Below the pieces are notes generated by a model. That model saw only the letters and a program-made list of their open reading frames with translations. It did no database searches and was not told where the DNA came from. DNA of 64,000 nt from NCBI GenBank assembly GCA_043228905.1, contig JBHGNT010000004.1, positions 8,556,001-8,620,000 of the forward strand, written 5' to 3'. Origin of the DNA: Azolla caroliniana (taxonomy: Eukaryota; Plantae; Polypodiophyta). The position numbers and the translations under genes are program-made. Positions 50,522 through 63,394 of the stretch are shown piece after piece (position 1 is the stretch's first letter; each line of letters starts with the position of its first letter).

Positions 50522-51343
50522 AATCTTTTAAACTTTTGATTAGAAAACCAATTAGATACTTATATTGACAAAATACATAATTTGTCAAATGAATTATAAG
50601 CTTATAAGTTTAATAAATATTTCAAAAATGTCCTAACCTAGAACCATTAAACCTATTAAGTCACGGTCTAAAATAAATTAAACCCCAAACTAATAAACCG
50701 ATAAAGGCTCAACCTCAACCAAACCAAATCCTTGAAACCCTAAGCGGAATTATTTACAAAATTTTAGACTTGCTATGTGAGTTAAAACATCAAGTGGTCA
50801 TGCCATGGTTTTTTCAATACACTTGTCACTTGCTTAGAAATATATTTTGATAATAAACACCACAAAGGATTATGGTAAATCATGATGATTCTAATGAATT
50901 TTGGAGAATCGATTTTAGTTGTGAACCAACATTTCTAGTTTTCTCATGATATTGATATCGGTCTCTTCACTTCTATAACACATGATACCCATTTGATTGG
51001 AACACTTAATATTAGGACGTGTTTTTTTCTCTCGATAACACTTTAACAACATTGTTGTTAATAAGTGGAACCCACTAGCCATTCACAATTATGCATGGAC
51101 GAGAAGGCGAGGGTAAGTCCATGAGAGGGATTGATGTGTTGTTTCTTTTACAAGCATAATTGTAGGGTATAATCTCAAGTTTTTTGTGGAGTTTCCCTCG
51201 AGATGATCTTGTTTTCGTGTGGAACTCTTGTTTTTGTCAATAGTCTAATGAAGAAATGGGAGGGGGTAGGTGCATTGATAATGCAATGTGTGTATGCATA
51301 TGCTTCTTGTTTCGCGTGTTGGAAATATGGCCCATATATTTAT

Positions 51344-51346
<3 letters not shown>

Positions 51347-51382
<36 letters not shown>
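51347..51382. repeat. (AT)18 microsatellite
   Basis: Read directly from the sequence. Confidence 0.95.
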
Positions 51383-51386
<4 letters not shown>

Positions 51387-52639
51387 AAGCTTGTTGGTGG
51401 GTTTTGTGTTCTTTATGTGTAAACCGATGGGAGAAAAGTAAACACGATTTGAAAGCTTACAATTGGAGGGTGGTGGATTTATCGTTGGTACTAATTAAAT
51501 CATTGGAGTAAGCCTTAAACAAAGATATTAAAAAACGAACCTTTTTCTAATAACATTCTAAACATAAAAAAGGAATCAAAGCAATGAATGTTCTTTCTAA
51601 AATATTTCAAGTTTATAATCCTATAAATACATTTAGTACATTAGATAGATTCATATGCTCTATTTTTTTTCCACCTCGTACTAGTTTTAGTTTTAAGAAC
51701 TTAGATTTAGGCTTTATGAAAAGCTTTTCAAACTTGGTCCCCTCGGAAGACTTTATCGGCGTCGACAACAAGCAAAGAAAATAGTGAACTTAAAAGCAGT
51801 TTGGTACCCATGCACTTATTGAAGCTGAACCCTTGAACCCAAGGGTGTCATGTAATATCGTCTCGATTGGTGTATCTATACACTATTTTGTCGTGACTAT
51901 TGTGGTTGAAATAAAAAGACAATACTTGGATGAGGTCATGAGTTGGAATACCTTGTCTATGTAAATCCCCACGAAACTCCACCTCATCGTATGTCCACAA
52001 GTTTAAGTCAGAAAAATAAGCTCTACGGATATCATGGACAAAAAAATATGCCGTGTGAACTATAGCTAGCATTTAGTATGCTTCTTGCAGTTATTGGTTT
52101 CATAAATTACAAGGAATTAAAAAGCCCAATTTATGTTCGTTGATAAAATATTATTGCATTAAGTAAACAAATGATGAATACATTGAAATGGGAGTAAAAA
52201 GAAGGCTGATCTCTTTTAAAAGAGCACATGCTAATTTTGCTTAATCATGATATCATCGAATCAAAACATAAACTAAATGTACGCTTTATATTAAAATTTT
52301 CCAACTTAAAGATGTCCTCTTCAAAGGACATTCCTAAAAAGGAGTAGTTCGAGTATAAATACACAAATGCACCACCCCTATTCGCCAAAAACAAAGAGAA
52401 AGAACAAACATCCTTCATTTATAGCTATGCAAATTCATCAATATTTTTTGTTGAATAAATTCTTAAATCTTCCAAAATTTTCTACCTTCAACATAAAAAT
52501 TAAAGGTGTCCACTTTTGTTGTGCAAATCACGTAAAATCGAGTTTTCTCAAACGTGTCCAATGTGTCTCCCTAGAGAGTGTGTCATACTGAATATGAAGT
52601 GTAGTGCTACTATTGTAATGGGTCACACTTTCCAACATT

Positions 52640-53825
52640 GTGAACATTACAAAAATGGCAAATGGCATGGTGTAGGGGGCTGAAAAAGATGCATGGGATA
52701 AGTTTTGTTTAGCGTATAATGTGATAAACGGTTGGAATGTGACATTGTTTAGCGTATAATGTGAGAAACTTTTACATGCAAAAAGAAAAATCTCTTCTAT
52801 ACTCTAGAGTAGGAGGAAGCGTGCATGGGAGTATGATGTCTAGGCTGGACAGGTGGTATTTGGATCCTCGGCTCATCGATAGGAAAGGCAAATGCATTAT
52901 TTTTCTTGGAACGACGTTCTCAGACCATGCACCAATTATGTTGCATATACAGGAGAACAATCGATGCACGCCACATAATGTGAAGGTGAGCAAGGAATTG
53001 GTTATGGATAATAAATGGACTAATGATATATGAAGAATATGGTCTAATGTCAAATGGAGGTACCTTGATCTTGCTCATAGGCTAGCTAAGAAAATTGAGG
53101 ATTGTGCATGCTTCTTTCCAAAGAAAGTGACTGAAATTAGAAAAGAGATAAGGGAGAAAATTGAAAGAATACAATGACACTCACGTCTATGCAGCGACTG
53201 AGAGAACAATACCCAAATAATTTATGAATTGCGGTCTGACTAGAGGAGGCCAAATGCAAACTGGATATGTATAAGATGATTCTAAGGACTACCAATGCTT
53301 GTCGTACTAAAGTAGTAAGTTGGATGAGGTTTGGAGACTGTGTCACTAAAGGCTTTTTTGAAGCTGTGAAATGCAGAGGCACCAGGTTTCAACCTTCATG
53401 TTTAAAAAAGACATATGACACAACGACCACGTGTGAGGAGGAAATGTTGGAAATGGGCAGGAGATATTATACTCAACTACTGAATGTATGCAAAGAGGAA
53501 TAGATTGATCAAGATGCCTTCAGAAATATATTAAATAGGATACCGAGGAAAGTTGTTGCTTTGATGATGGACCGACTAAATACCCCTATATGTATGCAAG
53601 AACTATTGGATGCAATTGCGAATATGAACAAACAAAGTTGTGCAGGCATCGACAGACTCCCTATACACTTTTACATCAAACATTGGGATATAATAAAGTA
53701 TGACATGCTGGTAGGGATACAATACATTATGGCAGAAGGGTCAATGCCTATAACAATGTGTAGAGGAATGATTGATTTAATACCCAAGGATGGAAAAGAC
53801 CTGACCATACTTAATAATTGACGAC
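52640..53825 (+). pseudogene. Degenerate L1-like LINE ORF2 fragment (endonuclease C-terminus, linker, start of RT), interrupted by Copia H
   Basis: SRLDRWYL..FSDHAPI (endonuclease end); W..FGDCVTKGFF; ELLDAI..AGIDRLP..FY..HWDII; GMIDLIPK.GKD....NN*R. Confidence 0.85.
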
Positions 53826-56452
53826 TGTAAAGAATCAAGAGATGGATTCTTGTGAAGCGGAAGAGATATGAGTTATGTGTGTGTATGAGAGAGAGAGAGT
53901 GAGTGAGAGAGACAAGGAATAAGACACAGAGAATACGCAAGGTAAGAGTATATTAACAAAGGAGAAAGACTCAACATTATACAAAGTGAGAGGAGGGCGC
54001 TTTATATAGTCACCCTCTCTCTTCATTAACTACAAGACTCATGGAGCATGGGGAATGTGAAAGCTCATAAGTTATGTGTCATAGAATATGATTCTATGAC
54101 TCATACTAAATGCTAGAAGACAAAGTCGTGACATAGTGGTGACTCTTGACCCTTGGAGTGTCTATTCACTCTCAAGGTGAGTTCACACACTAGGACAGGT
54201 TGAGTTTGATTCTGAACACACCCCCTCAAGCTCAAGTCGGGTCAGTTTCAGAAGGTATCCAAAATATGCTTCGACTCGCGTTCCGGAGTCCGCGTTGACT
54301 CACATCGATTCGCATTTATGCAGAGTTGCGGAATCCGTGCTCCAGCTTGCGTTGTGCATAGTTGCGAAGTCTGTGCTTCGGCTTGCGTCTTTCTTCACGG
54401 CTTTGCGCGGTAGATCGGCTCTTCGTGGCTTCGTTGCGCGGTTGCGTAATCCACGCGTTATTGCGTAGTTTGCGTGGTTTGCGGAATCCACGCGTTATTG
54501 CGTAGCGTCTTCAGTACTCCCCCTCAAGCTTGGCAGGTCAGGAATCGTCAATCCGAGATCGGTCATGAATTGCCATAGCTTGTCGGCTCCTAAGGCTTTA
54601 GTGAAGATGTCGGCCGTTTGAAGATTGGTGCTAATGTGTTGTAGGTTGACATCGCTAGCTAGAACACGCTCTCGGATGAAGTGATAGTGCACTTCGATGT
54701 GCTTTGTCCGCGCGTGGAACACCGGATTCCAAGCCAGGTAGATACTGCTCTTGTTCTCACAGTAAAGGGAAGTCAGATCCTTGATGGGTACACCCAGATC
54801 CTTGATTATCCTCTTGAGCCATACGGCTTCACATGCAGCCACTGCCGCTCCCTTGTATTCCACCTCTGTGCTCGAAAGAGCGACGGTTGGTTGCTTTTCG
54901 CTGCTCCTGGATATTGCTCCGCTGCCAAGGGAGAAAAAAAATCCGGAGGTTGATCTTCTATCGGCTTTGTAGCCAGCCCAATCAGCGTCTGTGTACCCCT
55001 CGAGTCGTATTGGCATCGCGGTCTTGTAGAGGATGCCACAAACCATTGTGCCGCTCACGTATCGTAGAACTCACTTAGTGCAATCGAAGTGAGCATCATG
55101 CGGTGTTTGCATGAATTGGCTAAGGAGACCGACCGGATAACTGAGATCGGGTTGAGTGATCGTGAGGTAGATGAGACTCCCGATGAGTTGCCGATACTGA
55201 GTCGGCTCACATGCTTTGGTGCCAGAGTTCGCATCTAGTTTGAGATTGTGATCGAGCGGGGTTGCTGTGTATTTGCACTCAGTCATACCAAACTTGTATA
55301 ACAAGTTGAGGATGTAGTGCTGTTGAAAGATCATGATTCCGGCCGGAGTTCGAAATACCTCGATGCTGAGGAAGAAGTGGAGCTCCTTCATGTCCGTCAT
55401 CTCGAACTTGTTGGAAAGGAGGGATTTGACCTTATTGATTTCGACGAGATGCTCACCTCCAAGGACTAGGTCATCCACATATAAGATGATGACGATCGGA
55501 CTTCCAGAATCGCTTCGTATGTAGAGGGAGTTGTCCGATTTTGACATATGGAATCCAATTTGATGAAGATATTGCGTTATCTTCGAATGCCAAGCACGCG
55601 GGGCTTGCTTGAGGTTGTAGAGTGGCTTCTTGAGTCGGCATACATCTTTCAGATGGGTGCTCGAGTTGAAGCCAGGTGGTTGTATCATGTACACATCCTC
55701 TTCTAATTCGCCTTGTAGAAAGGTGTTGTTGATGTCCATTTGATGGAGGTGCCACCCTTTCGCCGCGACAAGCGCAATTACGGTCCATACCGTCGTCATT
55801 TTTGCCACTGGGGCAAAGGTCTCTTCGTAGTCAACTCTGTGCGTTTGGGCGTAGCCTTTCGCTACGAGTCGCGTTTTGTAGTGGTTGACGGAACCGTCAG
55901 CGTTGTACTTCAGTTTGTAAATCCATCTGCATCCGGTCGCCTTTTTGTGCGGTGAGGTGGGAACAAGATCCCACGTCTCGTTCTTGCGTAGTGCCTGCAT
56001 CTCCTCGTTCATGGCTTCGATCCATCGCGGATCCTTGGTAGCTTCAAAAAAAGTTTCCGGCTCACGTACTGTGTCACCATCTTCATCATAAAGGCATAGT
56101 GATATGCCATGTAGTCATTGTAGCCGAATCAGTTGACTAGATTCTTTTCACGGGTGGAGCGACGAAGCTTTTCATTTGCAGAGATGAGGGCTTTGTTAGC
56201 TCCGATTGGTACATCGAAGCCGTCGAACTCACTGTCAAATGAGTGAGTCGACTCATCGTCGTCGAAGCGATTGTCTTCGTTTTTCGACATTTTCACCTTG
56301 CCTTTGTCCATCTTCGGGCTAGGCCGTGATGTGCTTTGATTGCTCAAAGGCTCTTGTGGTCCGCTCAGTCGGGTCGTGATCAGACTTTCTTCGATCATGC
56401 GCGTAGGGCGATCTTCATCCTCGATCTCTTGTTTGGCGGATTCCGGGTCGAG
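53826..56452 (-). mobile_element. 3' part of Copia H: 3' LTR 53826-54218, PPT 54219-54226, RNase H, RT and integrase tail; interrupted by N
   Basis: RT 55071-56012 (KTRLVAKGY, YVDDLV); RNase H 54495-55058 ([18 protein letters not shown]). The minus-strand LTR reads TGTTCAGA...CTTTACA. It shares the LRRSTR.KN...FGYN.Y tail with the F group. Confidence 0.9.
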
Positions 56453-56968
56453 TGTTATTGCTAGGGCCGAACAACAACCTAACATTGGGTGTCCACTTAA
56501 GACACGTCACCAAAGGGTGGTACGATAGAATGACTTACGGCACAACGCTTACTTAGACCTTAATCGATTACTTAGCCATCCGTAATTAACAAGCGTAAGA
56601 TATAACAATGAATACAGAACAGTAATCAACACTGGAAGATTAAGACAATAAGCTTTATTAATTATCTGCTCCTGATTACATTGTAACCGGGCCTTTATAT
56701 AGGTCTCCGGTACGAAATACAAAATGGTGCCAACCGGCACCTTTACGGAATCGTTCTGGATCCGGATCGGCATACCGATTCCGGTCCGTCCGTCCACATC
56801 TTCTTATATAATAATAAGTATATATTAAGACTACTAATTACAACAGTTCCCGAATAACTATTCCTTTCACACTCTGGTTTGGACCTCCTTAAGCCTTCTT
56901 GCCGGCCGGTAACACATGGCACGCCCGTGGGACAGTACCTTGTACGTTGAACCCACTATTTGGCCCTT

Positions 56969-57753
56969 TTACGCTTCATCCAAAATGTCTAGAATGCTTT
57001 GCTCCAAAATTTCCAATGGCTCGTCGGGTATTTGTTGTTGCTACTATGGCTGTTGTTGTTCCGTTTGTGGTTGTGGCTGCTGCTCCGTTTGTGGCCGTGG
57101 CTCCATTTGTCGCTCTGGCACCGACGTTTCCGTCGTTGGTTCCTCCGTCGGAGTTGTCTGTGGCTGATTGACCCCTGCCTATTCCCCCTCCGGTCTTTGC
57201 ACCGGCGACGGTTCTTCATCACTAAGGTTGACCATTGCCGCCTTTCGTGCTTTTTCTTCCCGGAGCTGGGACCACCCATAGCTTTCGAACTGGATTTGAG
57301 CCTCCAGCCGATCATCGTCCAGTTGAGCTACGAGCTGTCGGACCTGCACCAATTGTTCATCCGCCAGGGCTGTGAAATCTTCCGCCAGCTCATCCTTGAT
57401 GGTGGTGAAGTCCTCCGAGGTCAGCATATAGCAGTCGTCGCCCTCCTTTCGCCGGTTTTCAACGTCTGCCATATTCTGCGCCCATTTTGCCCACCAACGC
57501 ATAGAGCTGTCATCAATCAAGCTTTTTGTCTTAGTGAGCCATGATCGGAGGATGCACTCGATCCGTTCGGCTCCCATCTGTGATTTATTTTCTACGGCTT
57601 GTCGCTCCTCCTTCAATTGCTTGATGATCCGAACCGTGTCCGCCTCCTGCTCCCTATAATGCGACAATTGAGTTTGATAGGTTGTTTGCAACCTCTGTAG
57701 TACCATTGATGCTCTTTCCTTGTCTTCATGGTTCTGTTTGTGGAGCTCCATCC
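56969..57753 (-). pseudogene. C-terminal half of the antisense coiled-coil ORF of N
   Basis: In frame with 63395-64000 after removing O. Internal TAG stops at 57179, 57044 and 57041 lie in Gln-rich context; the terminal TAA is at 56969. Confidence 0.7.
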
Positions 57754-58204
57754 TGACGGGAACTCAACGCTCCTAATGCACAACGCTCGGCCACAACCGA
57801 GCTTAGAATGATACACAGAAAAACGGGAAATAAAAACACGACAAGAAGAAGAAGAGAATACACAGGAGGTTTACGTGGAAAACCCCAAACTAGGGGAAAA
57901 ACCACGGCAGCCCACAGGCTACAAACTGTCACTATGTAGGAATATACAACAATGAGTTCACTGAGGCACCGACCTTGTGCTCACAAATCTTCGCCACAGG
58001 CGGCGGTTACAACAAAGGCAACGACCTCTTTCTCTCTCTCTCTCTCTCTGTACAGTTACGCACACTAATCTCGTGCAAAACAGAAAATGTCAACAACAAC
58101 TAAAAGTTTGCCCTAAGTCATATTTATACTAATATGACTTTTCGGCTATTTACAAATATAGCCTCGATGGGCTCTCAGAAACATATTTACGAATATGTCT
58201 CTTC

Positions 58205-58450
58205 CTCCGGTTCTCACCGGGTCTGCACCATCCGGCTCTCCGTAGCCGGGTACTCCTCATCCGGTTCACACCGGGTCTGTATCATCCGGCTCTCCGTAGC
58301 CGGGTACTCCTCATCCGGTTCACACTGGGTCTGTATCATCCGGCTCTTCGTAGCCGGGTACTCCTCATCCGGTTTCGGCCTTGACCGAGTTTGTTCATCG
58401 GCACTGTATCATCCGGCTCTCCGTAGCCGAGTACTCCTCATCCGGTTTCG
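58205..58450. repeat. 54-bp CCGG-rich tandem repeat (3 copies plus a variant) in U3 of the O 3' LTR; counterpart at ~63075-63335
   Basis: 'catccggctc' at 58229, 58283, 58337 and 58410; 18-aa periodicity in ORF 58134-58703. Confidence 0.92.
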
Positions 58451-58543
58451 GCCGAGGCCTGTCGGCCTCGGCCGAGTTTGTTCATTGGCACTGTTCTTCT
58501 CCCTTCCCATCCGGAGGGACCTGTCTCCCAACAAACTCCCCCT

Positions 58544-61500
58544 TCACTCCGGCATGGGGTGTCTTACCAGTCCGATCCTCTTCCGGCATGCGTCTAGCTT
58601 GTCGGGTGTCAGCACTTTGGTCAGCATATCTGACCCGTTCTCGGCCGTGTGGATCTTCGTCAGTGCGAACTCCTGGTCATCTACTCTTTCCGGGATCCAG
58701 TGATACCTCCATTGGATATGCTTCGTTCGGGAATGGTAGACCGCATTCTTAGCAAGGTGGATGGCACTTTGACTGTCGCAATAGAGTCGGTATTCCTCTT
58801 GCCGTTTACCGAGCTCTCCGATGAAGTCCTTCATCCATAAAATTTCCTTGCCGGCTTCCACAACCGCCATGTACTCCGCCTCCGTGGTTGACAATGCAAC
58901 CGTCTTCTGTAGCCTCGACTGCCACGAAACAGCTCCCCCTACATATGTCATTACATACCCGGATGTAGACCGGCTGGTATCCACATCAGCCGACATGTCC
59001 GAATCGGTGAAACCGTCCAGTTGAGGTTTTCCGGAGCCGAATCAGAGACACATATTTGAAGTGCCCTTCAAATACCGGAGTATCCATTTGACCGCGTTCC
59101 AGTGCTCCTTGCCGGGATTACTCATGAACCGGCTCACCACTCCGACTACGTATCCTATATCCGGTCGAGTACAAACCATTGCGTACATCAAGCTCCCGAT
59201 GGCAGAGGCATATGGAATCTTCATCATATCCGCCTTCTCTGCTTTCGTTTTCGGGCTTTGCTTGCCGGATAGCCTGCAGTTTGCTGGAAGTGTCGATCCG
59301 ACCGGTTTTGCTTCTGACATGTTGAACCGGTGAAGCACATTTGTCACATACTTCTCCTGTGACAGCCATGATTGCTTCGCTGACCGGTTCCGGATGATGT
59401 GCATCCCCAACATCTGTCTTGCCGGACCCAAGTCTTTCATTGAGAAGGTCCGGTTCAGAGCCTTCTTCAGCATCCGTATTTTGACTTGGTACCGTCCGAC
59501 GATCAACATGTCATCCACGTACAGAAGGAGTATCAGGAAGTCTCCTCCTTCGAACTTCTTCACAAACACGCAGTGATCGGCCTGCATCTTGTGGTATCCT
59601 TGATCGGTCATGAAGGAGTCGAACTTCCGGTACCATTGTCAGGGAGCCTGATTCAGTCCGTACAGGCTCTTCTTCAACCGACATACCAGGTGCTCCTTCC
59701 CTTTTTCCACGAAACCTTCCGGTTGCTGCATGTAGATCTCCTCTTCGAGGTCGCCGTGAAGGAATGCCGTCTTCACGTCCAGCTGCTCTACCTCGAGGTC
59801 CATGCTTGCTGCTATACTCAGCACCGTCCGGATGGAGGTCATCTTTACTACCGGGGCAAATATCTCGTCGAAGTTCATGCCCTTCTTCTACTGGAACCCC
59901 TTCACCACGATCCTGGCTTTGTATCTCGGGGGGTTCCCGACATCTCCCGGTTTCAACTTGTAGACCCACTTGTTTCGAAGTGCCCGCTTTCCTTTCGGCA
60001 ACTCCACCAATTTGTACGTATGGTTCTCATGCAGGGAATCCATCTCGTCCTGCATGGCACTTAACCATTTTCGGCTGTGGGTGTTATCCTTCGCTTCTTC
60101 GAAGCTTTCCGGCTCCCCCTCATCGGTCAGCAGAACATGCTCTGCATCCGGAAATCTCTGGGGGGGCCTTCTCTCTCTGAGAGGATATCTACGTCTTCGG
60201 GCTTCGGTAACCGGCTCCTCCATTCGCTCTTCATCCGAATCCGATTCGGGGTCTTGGCCGGTTCCGGTTTCAGCTTCCTCTACTTCTTCTTCTGCCGGTT
60301 CGGTATCCTCACCGTATCCGGCTGGTTCTTCGAGTGCTAACCGGTCTCTCACCGGTTGGGTCTGCTCATCGTAGAGTCGATCCTTACCGGTCGACTCGGA
60401 GTTCATTATCTTCTTCTCCGTCTCCCAGTCGGCGAGCGTCTTGTCCTCCATGAAGATAATATCTCGACTCCGGAATACCTTCTTGTCGACCGGGTCCCAC
60501 ACTCGGTAGCCGAACTCATTGTTACCGTAACCGAGGAATATGCATGGTCGGGCCTTTGGATCTAACTTTCCTCTCCGGTCCTTTGCTACATGCACGTACG
60601 CGAGACACCCGAACACCTTCAGATGCCAGTAGGACACTTCCTTATCGATGCATACTCTCTGTGGCGTGTCTCCGTCCAAGGGTACTGAGGGTGATCTGTT
60701 TATCACGTATGTTGCCGTCGACAATGCCTCAGCCCAAAACTTCTTGGGTAGTTTTGCATGCGCTAGCATACTCCGGACCCTCTCCATTATGGTCCGGTTC
60801 ATCCTCTCGGCCAGTCTGTTTAGTTCTGGCGTCTTCGGCACGGTAAATTCGAGCCGGATTCCCTTCGAGTGGCAGTACTCCTCAAACTGCCCTCGGTACT
60901 CTCCTCCGTTATCTGCTCGAACCGCCTTCAGCTTCCGGCCGGTTTCTCTTTCCACTCTCGCGTGGAGCTCTTTGAAGACGGATAGCACCTGATCCTTCGT
61001 CTTCAACGGTGTGGCCCACAGCTTCCGGCTGTGGTCATCTATGAACGTCACGAAGTACTGCGCTCCGGCATGTGACTTCGTGTCTACCTGACACACATCT
61101 GTATGCACCAACTCTAGTGGTGCATTACGTCTCATCGGTGGCCTTGGTCGGAAGGAGGTCGGGTTCTGCTTACCGGCCAAACAATCAGTGCACTTCTGTA
61201 AGTGCACGTTCTTCACTGGAATGAGGTTGTCGTCTGCAAGCCTCTTCATCCCCTTCTCGCTCATATGACACAGCCTCTTGTGCCACAGCTCACCGGCAGT
61301 GTTGGATGCCACGTTCACTTCTTCTGGACATAACCGGGCATTCATCAGGTACAGCGTGTTGACCTTCCGGGCCCGAGCCACAATCAGGCTCCCTTTGCTG
61401 AACTTCATGACCCTGTTCCGGATGCTACCCGTGTAGCCTTCATCATCTAGCCGACCGGCTGATATCAGGTTCAGACGAACCTCCGGAAAATGTCGGACAT

Positions 61501-62590
61501 CCTTTAGCAGCAACTTGCATCCGGTTGGTGTTGACAGCCACATGTCTCCTATGCCGACAATTCGGCATGTACCTTCATTCCCCATCTGGACACAGCCGTA
61601 GTCACCGGCTGAGTAGGATGAGAAGCATTTCCGTTCCGGGGTAAGGTGGAACGACGCTCCGGAGTGTACCACCCAAGTCATCTCGTCGCCAGCAAAGTTT
61701 ATCTCACTCTCCTCAGTGATGAGCATCAACTCTTCTTCACTTGCCGCGATTGCCGTCGTCCCCTTCCGGTTCGGCCCCCTCCGGTCTTTACCGTTCCGGT
61801 CCGGGGTCCGCTTCGAATCGGTACCGTCGGTTTCCTTATCTTTTCGGAAATGCCAACAGTTCTTCTGGAAGTGTCCCGGCTTGCCGCAATAGAAGCAAGT
61901 AGGCCTCTCCCTTGACTTTGACCGTGTCCCCGACTTCTCCCGGTTCTGGGGACTACGGTTTCTATGTCTTCCGCGTTCTAATTCGGTAATGAGCGCTTTG
62001 GAGTCGGAGCTCGTATCCTTATCTTTCCGACGCGCCTCCTCATCTAGCAAGCTCGACTTTACTCTTGCTAGGGATAACCACTTTCTTTCCAGCCCGGCGT
62101 TGCCCAAAGTGACAACCAATGTCTCCCAGCTATCCGGGAGGGAACCGAGCAGGAGTAGCGCTAGTACCTCATCGGCGAGAGGTACTTCCAATGAAGTTGC
62201 CTGGTGGATCAGCCCCTGGAAGGCATTCATGTGCTCCGCCATGCTGGAGCCATCTTGGTACCGGAGTCTTACTAGCTTCCGGAATACCGACACTTGATTA
62301 ACAACATTTTTGTTCTGAAACATTATGCCGATCTTCTCCTAGAGCTCATGAGCCTTGCTCTCTTCATTGAAGTTGTTGTATAGGCTCATGTCGATGAAGC
62401 ACCGTATGTACGCCGTTGTCTTCATGTGCATCACCTCCCATATTGTGGCGTTGATCTTGTCCGGTCTCTTGTCCCCGAACTGAACCGGTAGCCAAAGATC
62501 TTTAACCACGAGCATGTCCCTCATCTTCGACTTCCACACTGAATAGTTGGAGCCGGTGAGCTTGAACATGCCGCCAAACGATTCGTCCAT
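58544..62590 (-). pseudogene. gag-pol: Copia O gag-pol: one reading frame broken by four in-frame stops
   Basis: ORF pieces 62339-62683, 59888-62323, 59639-59878, 59042-59611 and 58544-58996 share one frame. Motifs: CFYCGKPGHFQKN, WVVHSGAS, HTDVC, RADNGGEY, YVDDML, EAEY, SDMLTK. Confidence 0.93.
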
Positions 62591-63394
62591 TTTCTGTGTC
62601 GATTTTGCTCTGATACCACTTGACGGGAACTCAACGCTCCTAATGCACAACGCTCGGCCACAACCGAGCTTAGAATGATACACAGAAAAACGGGAAATAA
62701 AAACATGACAAGAAGAAGAAGAGAATACACAGGAGGTTTACGTGGAAAACCCCAAACTAGGGGAAAAACCACGGCAGCCCACAGGCTGCAAACTGTCACT
62801 ATGTAGGAATATACAACAGTGAGTTCACTGAGGCACCGACCTCGTCTCACAAATCTTCGCCACAGGCGGCGGTTATAACAGAGGCAACGACCTCTTTCTC
62901 TCTCTCTCTCTCTCTCTCTGTACAGTTATGCACACTAATCTCGTGCAAAACAGAAAATGACAACAACAACTAAAAGTTTGCCCTAAGTCATATTTATACT
63001 AATATGACTTTCCGGCTATTTACAAATATAGCCTCGATGGGCTCTTAGAAACATATTTACGAATATGTCTCTTCCTCCGGTTCTCACCGGGTCTGCACCA
63101 TCCGGCTCTCCGTAGCCGGGTACTCCTCATCCGGTTCACACCGGGTCTGTATCATCCGGTTCTCTGTAGCCGGGTACTCCTCATCCGGTTCACACCGGGT
63201 CTGTATCATTCGGCTCTCCGTAGCCGGGTACTCCTCATCCGGTTTCGGCCTCGGCCTATTGGCCTCGGCTGAGTTTGTTCATCGGCACTGTACCATCCGG
63301 CTCTCCGTAGCCGGGTACTCCTCATCCGGTTTCGGCCGAGGCCGACAGGGACCTGTCTTCTCCCTTCCCATCCGGAGGGACCTGTCTCCCAACA

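Larger units (their letters stand above)
57754..63394 (-). mobile_element. Full-length Tork/Tnt1-like Copia O, inserted in the antisense ORF of N
   Basis: LTRs at 62621-63394 and 57754-58533. TSD CATCC at 57749-57753 and 63395-63399. Met PBS at 62607-62618; PPT at ~58536-58544. Confidence 0.97.

Noticed and set aside
50733-50743. Telomere-like AAACCCTAA (also reverse matches at ~12167 and ~29641)
   Set aside because: Single isolated units (telo-box at most), with no array.
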